A stretch of DNA of 64,000 nucleotides, from assembly GCA_963745035.1 (NCBI GenBank), contig CAVUVW010000013.1, forward strand, positions 1,760,001 to 1,824,000, given 5' to 3'. The notes under the pieces were generated by a model that ran no database searches, was not told the origin of the DNA, and was given only the letters and a program-made list of their open reading frames with translations. Shown one piece after another: positions 1-9,495 of this stretch (positions are counted from its first letter, which is position 1; each line of letters starts with the position of its first letter). Origin of the DNA: an uncultured delta proteobacterium. GTDB lineage: Bacteria > Desulfobacterota > Binatia > UBA9968. A program made the position numbers and the translations under genes.

Positions 1-387
1 CTAGACCTAAAAGTTGGACCCCATGAATTCTGCATGACTCTGATTCGCGTTTTAACGTTTTAAACGGAGCGAAGCGATTGAACTATTTGAAACGTTTTGA
101 ACTGAGCTTCAATATGTTTGCGGTTGAACGACTGGAACGATCGGACTGCCCGCGCAAAAGGAGATGCCTTTACGCCATCTTAGTTCGTGAAATCAAGCGC
201 CAAGGCGCCCGGCCTTGAGGTTCGGCGGACACCTTCAATGGGTTCAGTTTGCAAATGGGCGCTGAAAATTCTTTAACACGTGGGTCTACAGGAAAGAGTC
301 CCGCGCGGTTCCTGAAAGAGATCCTCCGATAAAAGAGATTACCTTCGATCCGTTCCACAGCCAGCTGATATGAAAGCCTCTTACGTT

Positions 388-999
388 CTATTTACCTTCG
401 CGCATGGCGCGCGCCCGCTTCGCTGCCGGGCGCTCCCAGCAGCGGCGGAGCCAGGCCTGCGTGCGTGGCCATTTCTCGGTATCGATCGCCAACGCACGGT
501 AAAGCGCTGCGGCGACGTTGAGATCGCCGACTGAAAATGCAGGGCCGGCAAGCCACTCCGCTTTCGCGAGCGCGGCCTCCAGCACATCGAACGATTCCGT
601 CACTTGCTGCCATGCGGCCTCGGCGATCTCCTTTTTGCGCTCGGCTTCCGGAAACTCCGTGGTATGCCTGACGTAGTTCACGATCTGACGGTCGAGCCGG
701 TCGGTCTCCCATAGGCTCCACTGCCAGGCAAGCGCCTCGTTTCTGGGGTCCGACGGATACAGCGGGCTCTCGTGCTTTTTCGAGAGATAGAAATTGATCG
801 CCATCGACTCCGACAGCACGAAGCCGTCGTCGTCTATCACCGGTACACGGCCATTGGGATTCAACGCGCGAAACTCCGAAGTCCGCGTCTCCGGTGCGCG
901 GGGCAGGTAATTTTTGTGGTCGTAGTTCAGTCCTAACTCACCGAGCATCCACAAGGTGCGCATGGCACGAGATCGTGCGGCGCCGTATAGACGTAGCAT
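388..999 (-). CDS. Glutathione S-transferase family protein
   Basis: N-terminal SRAMRTLWMLGELG, NPNGRVPVI and LSESMAI motifs; C-terminal WLAGPAFSVGDL. Confidence 0.93.
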   Translation of the reverse strand: MLRLYGAARSRAMRTLWMLGELGLNYDHKNYLPRAPETRTSEFRALNPNGRVPVIDDDGFVLSESMAINFYLSKKHESPLYPSDPRNEALAWQWSLWETDRLDRQIVNYVRHTTEFPEAERKKEIAEAAWQQVTESFDVLEAALAKAEWLAGPAFSVGDLNVAAALYRALAIDTEKWPRTQAWLRRCWERPAAKRARAMREGK

Positions 1000-1014
1000 C
1001 GTTTATCCTCCTCA

Positions 1015-1905
1015 CTACAAATGGCTATACCGTTTCTTCTCCTGAGCCGATAGACGCGACAGCATCGTGCTGATGTGCGCCTGATCTCTTCGCAGATATC
1101 GAGCCACCTCACCCACCCGGTAGCTGTACTCCCGGATCAATCGCGCAACCGCATCGGTTCGCTTCTTGGTAATCTCCCAGCGACGATCCACTCCCCTCAG
1201 CACATCGGGCGCTACTCCGACTTGGCGGGCGATTGTCTTAAACGCTTGCTCGATAGGATCTTTTGCCGCCCGCTCTTTTATCTCGCCGACTTCCCGGCCT
1301 ATCTCTGCTCCGAACTCTTCGTCCCCTAAAAAGCGCTGGTCTTCCACGGCATAATATTCTTCATTGTGCCTTTCGCTCATGCCTTCCAGGACGAATCTCT
1401 CGTAGCGCTTCTTCCCACCCAACAGGTGCAGGATCGGTTTCGCTTCAATAACCTTTGGCGTTCCCGATATCAAATAACTGCCGTGACCGCTGTGCGAATA
1501 TCCTTCGGGCCGCTTGGCTAGCCCGGAACGAACCGGGTTCAAATGGATGTAACGGACCAAGGCCAACAGATACTTGTCCTTGTCGCAAATGATCGCTTTG
1601 TATCTGCCTTGAAATAGATGCCCGACTTTCCTATACCGCCGATTAAAGTACTGGGTGTAGGATTGTTGCAGTCCTTGCATGAACTTGGACAGCGGGGTGG
1701 AGCCGGTCTCAAGCAACAAGTGCACGTGATTCGGCATCAGGCAGTAGGCATAGATTTTAACTTGGAACTTGGCGCGATATTTCTCTAAACGTTCCCGATA
1801 GGCGTTGTAGTCTTGATCGGAACGAAAAGTCATCCGCCGCTGATTGCCGCGAACAATGACGTGGTAAAGAAGGCCCGATGCAAAGACTCTGGGACGGCGC
1901 GCCAT
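1015..1905 (-). mobile_element. RAYT-like / IS200-superfamily HUH (Y1) transposase with C-terminal HTH extension
   Basis: MARRPR...YHVIVRGNQR, AYCLMPNHVHLL (HUH), GHLFQGRYKA, YIHLNPVR (catalytic Tyr). Confidence 0.9.
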
Positions 1906-1973
1906 GAACAGCGATTATCAAGAATCCGTATTCAATGTCAAGATTGTAATGATTGTTATGTCTGACCCCATAA

Positions 1974-2303
1974 TTGGACTTCGTCGAAGTCAAATTTCGC
2001 AGCAACCCAACTTGGCTACTGAAAAGCCCTTTGCTCAAACAGCTCAAGGAATTCTGGACAGCCAAACTGATCCTGGTGACGACTAGCAAGCCGCACTTCA
2101 GAGTGGTCGATCCACAATCTTTGTTTGATGGCGAGTTTTCGTTCGAAGCGCTGGAGAACGATCCAGATCTCATGGTAACAGGCCGAGCGGTGGAAAAGTG
2201 CGGCCGTTTGGTAACCCGCTTTCTGATGAACGGTGTCAAAACAATCCCTCAAAGACCCTCCAGCCAGCATGAACTCGCGTCACCAGCGTCCGAGTCAGAG
2301 TGA
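1974..2303 (+). pseudogene. Probable 5'-truncated PD-(D/E)xK nuclease-like fragment
   Basis: Starts abruptly at FVEVKFRS (ExK-like) just after a TCTGACCCC motif; no good start or RBS. Confidence 0.35.
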
Positions 2304-2333
2304 AAGATTAGTGCTCGTTGTTCGATTCTTACT

Positions 2334-2400
2334 ATTGCCTCGTGCCTAACGCCTGTTGCCTATTCCAGTTGCCCGTTGCCTGATGCCTGTTGCCTATTAG
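2334..2400. repeat. TTGCCT-family degenerate heptamer tract (reverse complement of the AGGCAA tracts in the array)
   Basis: tattgcctcgtgcctaacgcctgttgcctatt...gttgcccgttgcctgatgcctgttgcctatt. Confidence 0.75.
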
Positions 2401-2533
2401 CAATCAGGAATCACACATTCCGCGAGGGTTGAAAAAGAGAATAAGAAAAATTCTCACAGGAACGTCTGTGCCTCTTGACCTGCCTGTAATGGGCGACCCG
2501 GAGTATTCCCCCGATCAAAGTCTGTCTGACCCT

Positions 2534-3505
2534 TCAATTTATCCTCAGCTTTGGCCGAAGCCCAGTTCTGTCTATCACAATTTCTGCCTTACGTTTATTG
2601 CTTTTCTCAAAAACAGCATAGGGATATCCAACATCAGGCGAAATAATGGCTTTCGCCACAATTCGATCTGGTGAAAGCGTCCCGTCAAAAACTAAACCTC
2701 CGCGATCGCTTGCCAAATGTGGGAGATCGGCATCAGTAAATCGGATGGCGTAGATTACACCGTATTGATAGTTTGAAAACCAATTGTCACAAGAACGATG
2801 TAATTGTTCCAGCTCCGCTAATTGTGTCTGTAGCCACGGCTCCGAATAAGAATATGGCTCAACGCCGGGTCTTCCACCCACGCCTGGACGCGAACCCATA
2901 CTGTCGAAGTACTCCCACAACCTTTGGACAAACTGAAAAGGTACATCTTCTATATCTTGTGGAATGCAATGCGATGGTACTGCCAACGGTGTGGAATTGC
3001 GAAGGTGCTTCCAGGACGCTGCGATCGCTTTTTTCCTGAACGCTGGATTGTTGAGGTACTCATGCAAATCGCTGAGCGCGAGTCGTAACGCTCGCGCCGT
3101 TTCTCCTCCCGCGAATTCTCTTGAAGCATAGAGGACAGACTGGAAACTTGTTTCCGCCAAAAATACCGGCTTTACGCTACCGCGGTTCGATTTATTGAAA
3201 TCTGATTGCGCAAAGGAAGCGAGAACCCCAAATCCACCCTGTTTTTGTCCGCTCCAGTGAAGTTGATCGAAAATATCGAGAACCGCCGAAATATTCGATT
3301 TGGAGTAAGTTTCGGGTTGCCAAGAAATTCCTTGTGACTCAATCTGCGCTGCGGCGTGATTCGAAGTGCCATGAAAGGCAACCCAAGAGTCCGTCAAAAA
3401 TTCCTCATTGAAAGGACACCGGCCGATTAATGCGTCATTCGAACTATAGTGATACACCTTCATCGTACGGTCGATTAGATTGTAAATAACATAGTTGCTT
3501 AGCAA
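2534..3505 (-). CDS. Hypothetical protein, possible ADP-ribosyltransferase (PARP-like) fold
   Basis: 323-aa ORF; FHGTS...AAQIESQGI and VFLAETSFQSVLYA resemble the H and Y strands of PARP-type ARTs. Confidence 0.55.
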   Translation of the reverse strand: MLSNYVIYNLIDRTMKVYHYSSNDALIGRCPFNEEFLTDSWVAFHGTSNHAAAQIESQGISWQPETYSKSNISAVLDIFDQLHWSGQKQGGFGVLASFAQSDFNKSNRGSVKPVFLAETSFQSVLYASREFAGGETARALRLALSDLHEYLNNPAFRKKAIAASWKHLRNSTPLAVPSHCIPQDIEDVPFQFVQRLWEYFDSMGSRPGVGGRPGVEPYSYSEPWLQTQLAELEQLHRSCDNWFSNYQYGVIYAIRFTDADLPHLASDRGGLVFDGTLSPDRIVAKAIISPDVGYPYAVFEKSNKRKAEIVIDRTGLRPKLRIN

Positions 3506-3859
3506 CCAGACAAGTCGATGTTAGTCACAAAAACCAGTAGCCGAATGCCATTCTAGGAACTCGCGCTTCGGTTTTAAGTCCGAGTTCTCTGGGAGCCAGA
3601 TCGTATTGCCCTGACGGAAATACTCTTCGCCGTTGTCGAAGTCGTCTTTGGCGCGAGGCATCGTTCTTTCTTAAAGCCGTCATTTTATGCTCAAAAAGAG
3701 GCCTTTAAGCTCTTAAACGACGCTTTTTATTGCATGTTGGGTTGCTAAATTAACAGCTTGCGCCGGTCCGACCCGGCGCCTTGATACCGAGTGTTCGCGG
3801 AGATAGCGCTCCAGGTCGATCCGTTTCATGGATCGGGGAATTCGATCGGCTCGCGCCTC

Positions 3860-3884
3860 ACTGTTGCCCGTTGCCTATTGCCTG
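3860..3884. repeat. TTGCCT-family tract, exact 25-bp reverse complement of 22567-22591
   Basis: actgttgcccgttgcctattgcctg. Confidence 0.75.
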
Positions 3885-3946
3885 CTCGGTGTGCCTCTTG
3901 ACCTGCCTGCTAATGGTTGACCCCCGCCCTTCCGATTATATCCGCG

Positions 3947-6900
3947 TTATGGTCGAGGGAATAAAGGCTTCCAAGCTTTATTATTTACAGTGCCATTCGA
4001 CCAGAAGATCGGTAGGGTATTATTGGGACAAGTGTTATGAAAGCACACAAGCGCCGCTAAATCCCCATATCCCAACGGTTCATCTCTCCAAAGCTCACGT
4101 CCAAACTGAATTAGAACCTCCTGTGCGAATTTGATCTCCGGTTCATTCGAGAATATGCCTGCTTCCGCATCAAACGAACGTACTTCATCGCCAAACACAT
4201 TTGCGGCCATAAAGTTTATTTCCGGGTAGATACTTCTCAATTTGTCAAGAGCCTCCGGAAAAGCGTACAGCAGATAACACTGAATTCGGGACTCCTTCAA
4301 ATATTTCGCTACGGTCCGCTCGTCTCTTACGTTCCGCATGTATTCCCTGAGTCCCTGTGCCAAGCTGGTGCCCGTACCCGCGAACTCATCTACTAACACC
4401 ACGATCGGATCTTTATCTACATGGGATATCATCCAGTCAATCAAATCATCTGCATGGCCACGCTTGCCCGGTCGGATTCTGTTCGCCAACTCTCGAGCTA
4501 TCGCTCCACCGCTTTTCATCTCAGTGTCCAAATAACCGACACAGAGATTGTCATTTCTCCCTTTTACAGAAATCCATTGCCGCTTTCCTATCTTGGCCCG
4601 AGTGTCACGCAGGGCGTCTTGTATTTTTGATAACGCTTGTAATTTCGCCCCTTCCGTAATAAAGCCCTTTTCCGCTAATCGTTTCAAAAGACTAAACGCT
4701 ATCTCAATCCGGTTGTCGTCATCGAACTGCTTAAGCCATACCCGTATTTCAGACGCATCCTTTTGCTTTCCGCAGTAAACGAGAGATTGAGACACAGTTA
4801 ACAACTCTTCTTCAGCAATCGGGAAATGCGAATCTACAAAAACGGTGGAGCGGGGCCCCTTCACTTGCTCTGCTCTTCCCTCGATTTCCCTGCAGAATGC
4901 CTTCCATTGCGGCAACAAATACAATTCCGCCTGCTTCTCAAGCCACTCATTAAAAATCGCAAGCCTTATTTGGTACCGATCGTAGCCCTTTTGGTGCGAC
5001 AGAATCCTTCTGTTAAGAAGCGATTCAGCGGTAAACCGTATTTTTTGAGCAGATAGTTTCTCTGACGGCATTAATCCAATCGTATCTTGGACCTCAACCA
5101 AGTCGTCAATTGAGTCAAATCTTCCACCTAATCGACTGATGCAATATAAGAGTAAGCAATTCGCCGCGGACTGCTCAGATTTCTTGAACTCATCTAGTTC
5201 AGGATTGTCCTCCCAGAAGTGAGAAAAATTGGCAGCCCCTATGGTGCGAACTAACTCATCGCGGGCACTTTCCAGATCGTTCTCGTCTACATATGTCCGC
5301 TGTTCCTGCCAGCTACGCTTAAAAATTTGTGAACAAAGTAGGTTCATGTAAAAAGGATTTCCGGCACAAAAGTCCACTATCATCTGAACGCATTCCGCCT
5401 GGTACTCAATTGCTCCGCTCATTTGCTGAACAATTAACCTTTTACAATCTTCTCGCGATTCGATGCAGTCTAAAGACACATTAATCCACTTATTTAAGTC
5501 GACCGAATGTGTTTGATAAATGACATTCATTCGCTCGCTGCCCACGAAAAAGAACGTCATGCCGATCTCAGATAATGATCGAAGGGCCTTTACAAATAAT
5601 TTTCCACGTTGGCCTGTATAGAAGGCTGGATCAAGATCGTCAAATTCATCTATAACCACTACTAATTTTTTCATAGGATACAGGCGACCTATGCGTTCGG
5701 TGTAAGGTACCAGCGTCGCCATACCCGCACCGAAGCTCTCTTCTTTCGGAGTTTCGTCTGGTGGGGCTTGAAGCCGTTCGGCAATTCGTGAGGCAATTCT
5801 ATGCGCTATTTGTCCCTCGTGAAGCGGCCCTATTTCACCCATCCGCAGTAGAACACAGACATAGTTGTCCTTTTTCTCGAGTTCTCCTACGAGTACCTGC
5901 AGCAAAGACGTCTTGCCCACCCGTTTTTGTCCCCATATAAATGTCGAACTTCCTCCAGACGCATGGACGAGTAGTTCCTGCATCACCATGTCTCTTCCAA
6001 ATAGCCGATAGCGTTCTCTGACGGGATTTAAACTATATGGCGGGTTGTCGAGTAGTGTCTTCCAATCAGGCTGGGTATGTTGTTGCTGAATGTCGAGGCT
6101 ATCCTCACTCTTATGAGGTTGTCCTTCCACCGTGACACAGCACCACGTCAACGGAATCGTAATAGAAGCACGGGATTGAGCCAGTGTTAGACCCAATGTT
6201 ACAACTTGTTCGGACTGGCCACTAATCTCAAAGGGTCTTGCCGGGTCAAGAAGTAACAGTTCTACTCCGGGCACTGGACGTTGCGCGATAAACTTAACAT
6301 TTAAGGCCCGACCTTCGCCCTTGTTCGAAAGACGCATGGAGAATACCGTCTGGCTATTTACTCTCGTTAGATCGGTTTTGACGAGTTTGGTTGCGAGCCC
6401 GAGGGCCGGGATTGTTGCGGCGCGGCTCTTCACGGTTCCTTCATCTACCAAACCTAAACAATGCTTTCCGATATTACTAACCGTGAGATGCCAAAGCGTA
6501 CTATTGGTTTTTACACCCGTTGCTGATGAATACTTTAGTGATATCTCTCGGACGTCGGGCGCTCTTTTTATGACGTCCCGGGTATCCTGTCGTTCACACG
6601 CCTCACAAAATTTTCTAAAAGCGGGACCAAGAAGAACATCAATTTCGCTCAGAATCGACTTCTCAGCAGGAAGCGCAAGTCCTCGGAGCTGGTGAGCTTT
6701 TTTAACGACGTCGAGTGAAGCGATTTTGGCAGTGACACAATTCGTACCAGCGAAAGACGCAACCGACATCTCGAGTGCCGCCATCGCGGACTCGAGTCTC
6801 TTCGCAGAGGCGACGGCGAGCTCAAGGGGATTACGTGCAGTAATACCAAAAATGTTATTCAGCTTTGATGATAGCCGAAAGCCTAAATCGCCGGTCGCGT

Positions 6901-7264
6901 GTGGAATTTTACGTTTCAATTGAATGAGTTTTAGAATTGCTGCGGCAACGGAGACCGCTAGATCTTCCTGAACGAACTCATTGATCCTAGAGATAAGCTC
7001 TCCGACGGAAGTTGGCGCAGATTTGAACTCCACTGGAGATGCCCATCCAGCGATTATCATAGTAAATATGGCCTCGAGATCGTCGTCCGGCGCTAAGTCA
7101 AGCTTGCACGCAAGCCACTCTCCCATTCCTAAGAAATCTCCCTTGTTGATGGCGCCGTCGATTTCTCCCTCTATTAATTCTAGTAGTTCAGCCGTGTCAC
7201 CGGCTAGGTTTCGTAGTCCGAGTTGGTCCAAAATCAGTTTCATTGGTGGCTCCAAATGTGGCAC
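3947..7264 (-). CDS. STAND-like P-loop ATPase fused to a C-terminal phosphoribosyltransferase-like domain (putative defence protein)
   Basis: LFGRD, Walker A GQKRVGKTS, Walker B VVVIDEFD, GNPFY; C-terminal VLVDEFAGTGTS PRPP-loop and PLGYG...PNNTLPIFW. Confidence 0.8.
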   Translation of the reverse strand: MPHLEPPMKLILDQLGLRNLAGDTAELLELIEGEIDGAINKGDFLGMGEWLACKLDLAPDDDLEAIFTMIIAGWASPVEFKSAPTSVGELISRINEFVQEDLAVSVAAAILKLIQLKRKIPHATGDLGFRLSSKLNNIFGITARNPLELAVASAKRLESAMAALEMSVASFAGTNCVTAKIASLDVVKKAHQLRGLALPAEKSILSEIDVLLGPAFRKFCEACERQDTRDVIKRAPDVREISLKYSSATGVKTNSTLWHLTVSNIGKHCLGLVDEGTVKSRAATIPALGLATKLVKTDLTRVNSQTVFSMRLSNKGEGRALNVKFIAQRPVPGVELLLLDPARPFEISGQSEQVVTLGLTLAQSRASITIPLTWCCVTVEGQPHKSEDSLDIQQQHTQPDWKTLLDNPPYSLNPVRERYRLFGRDMVMQELLVHASGGSSTFIWGQKRVGKTSLLQVLVGELEKKDNYVCVLLRMGEIGPLHEGQIAHRIASRIAERLQAPPDETPKEESFGAGMATLVPYTERIGRLYPMKKLVVVIDEFDDLDPAFYTGQRGKLFVKALRSLSEIGMTFFFVGSERMNVIYQTHSVDLNKWINVSLDCIESREDCKRLIVQQMSGAIEYQAECVQMIVDFCAGNPFYMNLLCSQIFKRSWQEQRTYVDENDLESARDELVRTIGAANFSHFWEDNPELDEFKKSEQSAANCLLLYCISRLGGRFDSIDDLVEVQDTIGLMPSEKLSAQKIRFTAESLLNRRILSHQKGYDRYQIRLAIFNEWLEKQAELYLLPQWKAFCREIEGRAEQVKGPRSTVFVDSHFPIAEEELLTVSQSLVYCGKQKDASEIRVWLKQFDDDNRIEIAFSLLKRLAEKGFITEGAKLQALSKIQDALRDTRAKIGKRQWISVKGRNDNLCVGYLDTEMKSGGAIARELANRIRPGKRGHADDLIDWMISHVDKDPIVVLVDEFAGTGTSLAQGLREYMRNVRDERTVAKYLKESRIQCYLLYAFPEALDKLRSIYPEINFMAANVFGDEVRSFDAEAGIFSNEPEIKFAQEVLIQFGRELWRDEPLGYGDLAALVCFHNTCPNNTLPIFWSNGTVNNKAWKPLFPRP

Positions 7265-8049
7265 GTCGGCTTAGGCAAATGCATTTTTATCTTCATCCTA
7301 GTCTTCCAAGCCTCTCAGTCTGATCTGAGCGATCTATTCACAGCGCGTCCACCCTCGATCTTCCGTCGAATCATGGAAGCGACCTTGCGGTGTTCTCCAA
7401 ATTACCGCGATTCGGTAATCGGAAAGAAGCTTCAGAATCACCCGCGGTGGCTTTTGTCTCAATAAAATTCCCAGAGAAGGCCTTCGCAAATAATATCGCT
7501 TGTAATCGAGGAGCTGCCCAATTGCGCCTCTAATGGTATTTCGATCAACGTAGCACTTTGCTTCGATTAAATGCCAAAGTTTACGATCAAACAGGTCGAC
7601 AAAAAGGCCCGCTGATTTGATGTAATTGTGGCCAAACCGTTCCTTGTTGTTTATCCATTTTACATATTGTGAAACGAGTCTAGCCTCGGGATGGTCCTTA
7701 GGTATTCCGGGAATCCCGCCTGCAAATGGTCGAAAAGAAGGACTTGACTGCCCAATTGCACTATCGTCTAGATAAGGTCCTACCGATTCGGGAATTTTGC
7801 CACCTACGTAGATCGGCCTAGCGGTTTGTGCACGAAAGTATCTAAACTGCCCGTGTGCGTACCATTTAAAATTGAGTTTCTTCTGGTCACCGGCACCTGG
7901 TCTAGTTAACGAATTCAACTTCGCGTTAACGATATAACCGTTCTGGATGATTTTTCCATTGGCAAGCTTAACCCGCTTAGGTCCAATAATCTTGCTGGCC
8001 GTAAACACAAGAGCGATCTGAGCTAGCCCCGATTTCACGGACAGGTAAA

Positions 8050-8913
8050 TTAAGCAACAGCCATCGACCGTTCATAGTCAACAGGACTGATGTAATCCAG
8101 TGACTGATGTCGTCGTTGTCGATTGTAAAACACTTCGATGTATTCAAAGACAGCCGTCCTGGCTTCCTCCCGAGTTTTGAAAGAGCTGTGATTGACCAGT
8201 TCGTTCTTCAATGAGCTGAAGAAGCTCTCGGCCACCGCATTGTCGTAACAGTTTCCCCTACGACTCATGCTTTGCACGATGCCGTGCTTTTTTAGCATCT
8301 CTACATAGGCCGTACTCGAGTACTGTCGCCCCTGATCAGTATGGTGGATCAGGCCCGGCTTGGGATGCCATTGTCGCAACGCCATCATCAAAGCATCCAA
8401 GACCAACTGCTGATCTATCCGTTCGCTCATTGCCCAGCCCACTACTCGTCGGGAATACAAGTCCAAGAGCACAGCTAGATATAGCCAACCACTCCCTGTG
8501 GCAACGAACGTGATATCACCGACCCAGGCCCGATCCACTATTCCAACCTCAAAACTCCGATTCAGTTTGTTCTCTGCGGCAATCACCCCAGCTCGGGACT
8601 GGGTGGTGATGCGAAATCTTCGCTTACGCCGGGCTTCGATTCCCGCCTGTCGTCTCAGTCTGGCTACCCGGTGCCGACCACACTCAGTCCCCTGGGCTTT
8701 TAACTCGCGCCACGTCTTTAGCGCCCCGTAGGCTTCTCTGCTTTCCTCGTGCACCTTTTGGATCTTGATCAGTACAGCCCGATTCTCCTCACTGCGCTTG
8801 GACTCCTTTCCACCACACCAGCCGTAATAGCCACTGCGACTCGCCTCAAGAGCTCTACACATACGGATTACTTTAAATTCATCCTGATGGGCTCTCATGA
8901 ACGCGTACTTCAC
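8050..8913 (-). CDS. IS3 transposase OrfB (DDE/rve)
   Basis: WVGDIT, HHTDQGRQY, GNCYDNAVAESFF. Confidence 0.95.
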   Translation of the reverse strand: MKYAFMRAHQDEFKVIRMCRALEASRSGYYGWCGGKESKRSEENRAVLIKIQKVHEESREAYGALKTWRELKAQGTECGRHRVARLRRQAGIEARRKRRFRITTQSRAGVIAAENKLNRSFEVGIVDRAWVGDITFVATGSGWLYLAVLLDLYSRRVVGWAMSERIDQQLVLDALMMALRQWHPKPGLIHHTDQGRQYSSTAYVEMLKKHGIVQSMSRRGNCYDNAVAESFFSSLKNELVNHSSFKTREEARTAVFEYIEVFYNRQRRHQSLDYISPVDYERSMAVA

Positions 8914-9203
8914 CCGAGCTCCTTGGCAAAGTACGCAGCCGCCTTTTTTAGAATGTCTCGCTCCTCTTTGACCTGCTCCAATTCCCGCTTAAGCCGCGCC
9001 ACCTCATCGCCCGCTTCACTCCGTCTTCCCGCTCCACCGAATGCCTTCGCTCCACGCTTGCCCAACTGCTCCTTCCACTTATAGAGCTGATTGCGCCGAA
9101 CCCCTAGCTCCCGTGCCACCTCGGATGACGGCTTCTCTGAACTCTCCATCAGCCGCACCGCCTCTCGCTTGAACTCTGATGTGTATTTCTTCCGCTTGGT
9201 CAT
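8910..9203 (-). CDS. IS3 transposase OrfA (HTH)
   Basis: KYTSEFKREAV...ILKKAAAYF; A6G -1 frameshift motif at 8943-8949. Confidence 0.95.
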   Translation of the reverse strand: MTKRKKYTSEFKREAVRLMESSEKPSSEVARELGVRRNQLYKWKEQLGKRGAKAFGGAGRRSEAGDEVARLKRELEQVKEERDILKKAAAYFAKELG

Positions 9204-9495
9204 CGAACACCCCCTAAGGTCATTTGTCCCTTATCTAAGGTGTCCGTCAAACTGGGGCTAACTCAATCTGACCCTTGTTTTGGACTACGGCCACGATGCC
9301 CCCTGGACAACGCAAATGTTTAGGATAGCCATGAATCGGAATCCCGCGCATCCTTTTGACGCGCGCGACAGTAAGCGGTTTATCGTTCCATCTCACTGCC
9401 AAATCATGCTTAGCCACCAACCATTCCTACTCAATCATTGTTTAGTTTAGTTGTGATCGCAGCACGATTCATTTTCTGAATAAATGCGCTTGGGA

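Larger units (their letters stand above)
8019..9265 (-). mobile_element. IS3-family insertion sequence
   Basis: TG...CA ends; imperfect IRs TGAGCTAGCCCCGATTTCACGGACA / TGAGTTAGCCCCAGTTTGACGGACA; 3-bp target duplication ATC (8016-8018, 9266-9268). Confidence 0.95.
7334..9417 (-). pseudogene. PD-(D/E)xK restriction-endonuclease-like gene interrupted by an IS3 element (5' part 9266-9417, 3' part 7334-8018)
   Basis: Removing the IS and one ATC copy gives a continuous ORF MAKHDLAVRW...VQNKGQIALVF...; C-terminal VDLFD...LIEAK...AIGQLLDY. Confidence 0.78.

Noticed and set aside
170-358. 62-aa ORF, possibly a decayed four-helix-bundle tail next to the TTGAAC tract
   Set aside because: The resemblance (SEDLFQE, LKNFQR) is too weak to support without an alignment.
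9266-9275. IS3 targeting a REP-like TCTGACCC motif
   Set aside because: The motif lies within the coding sequence of the interrupted nuclease, so it is probably coincidental.
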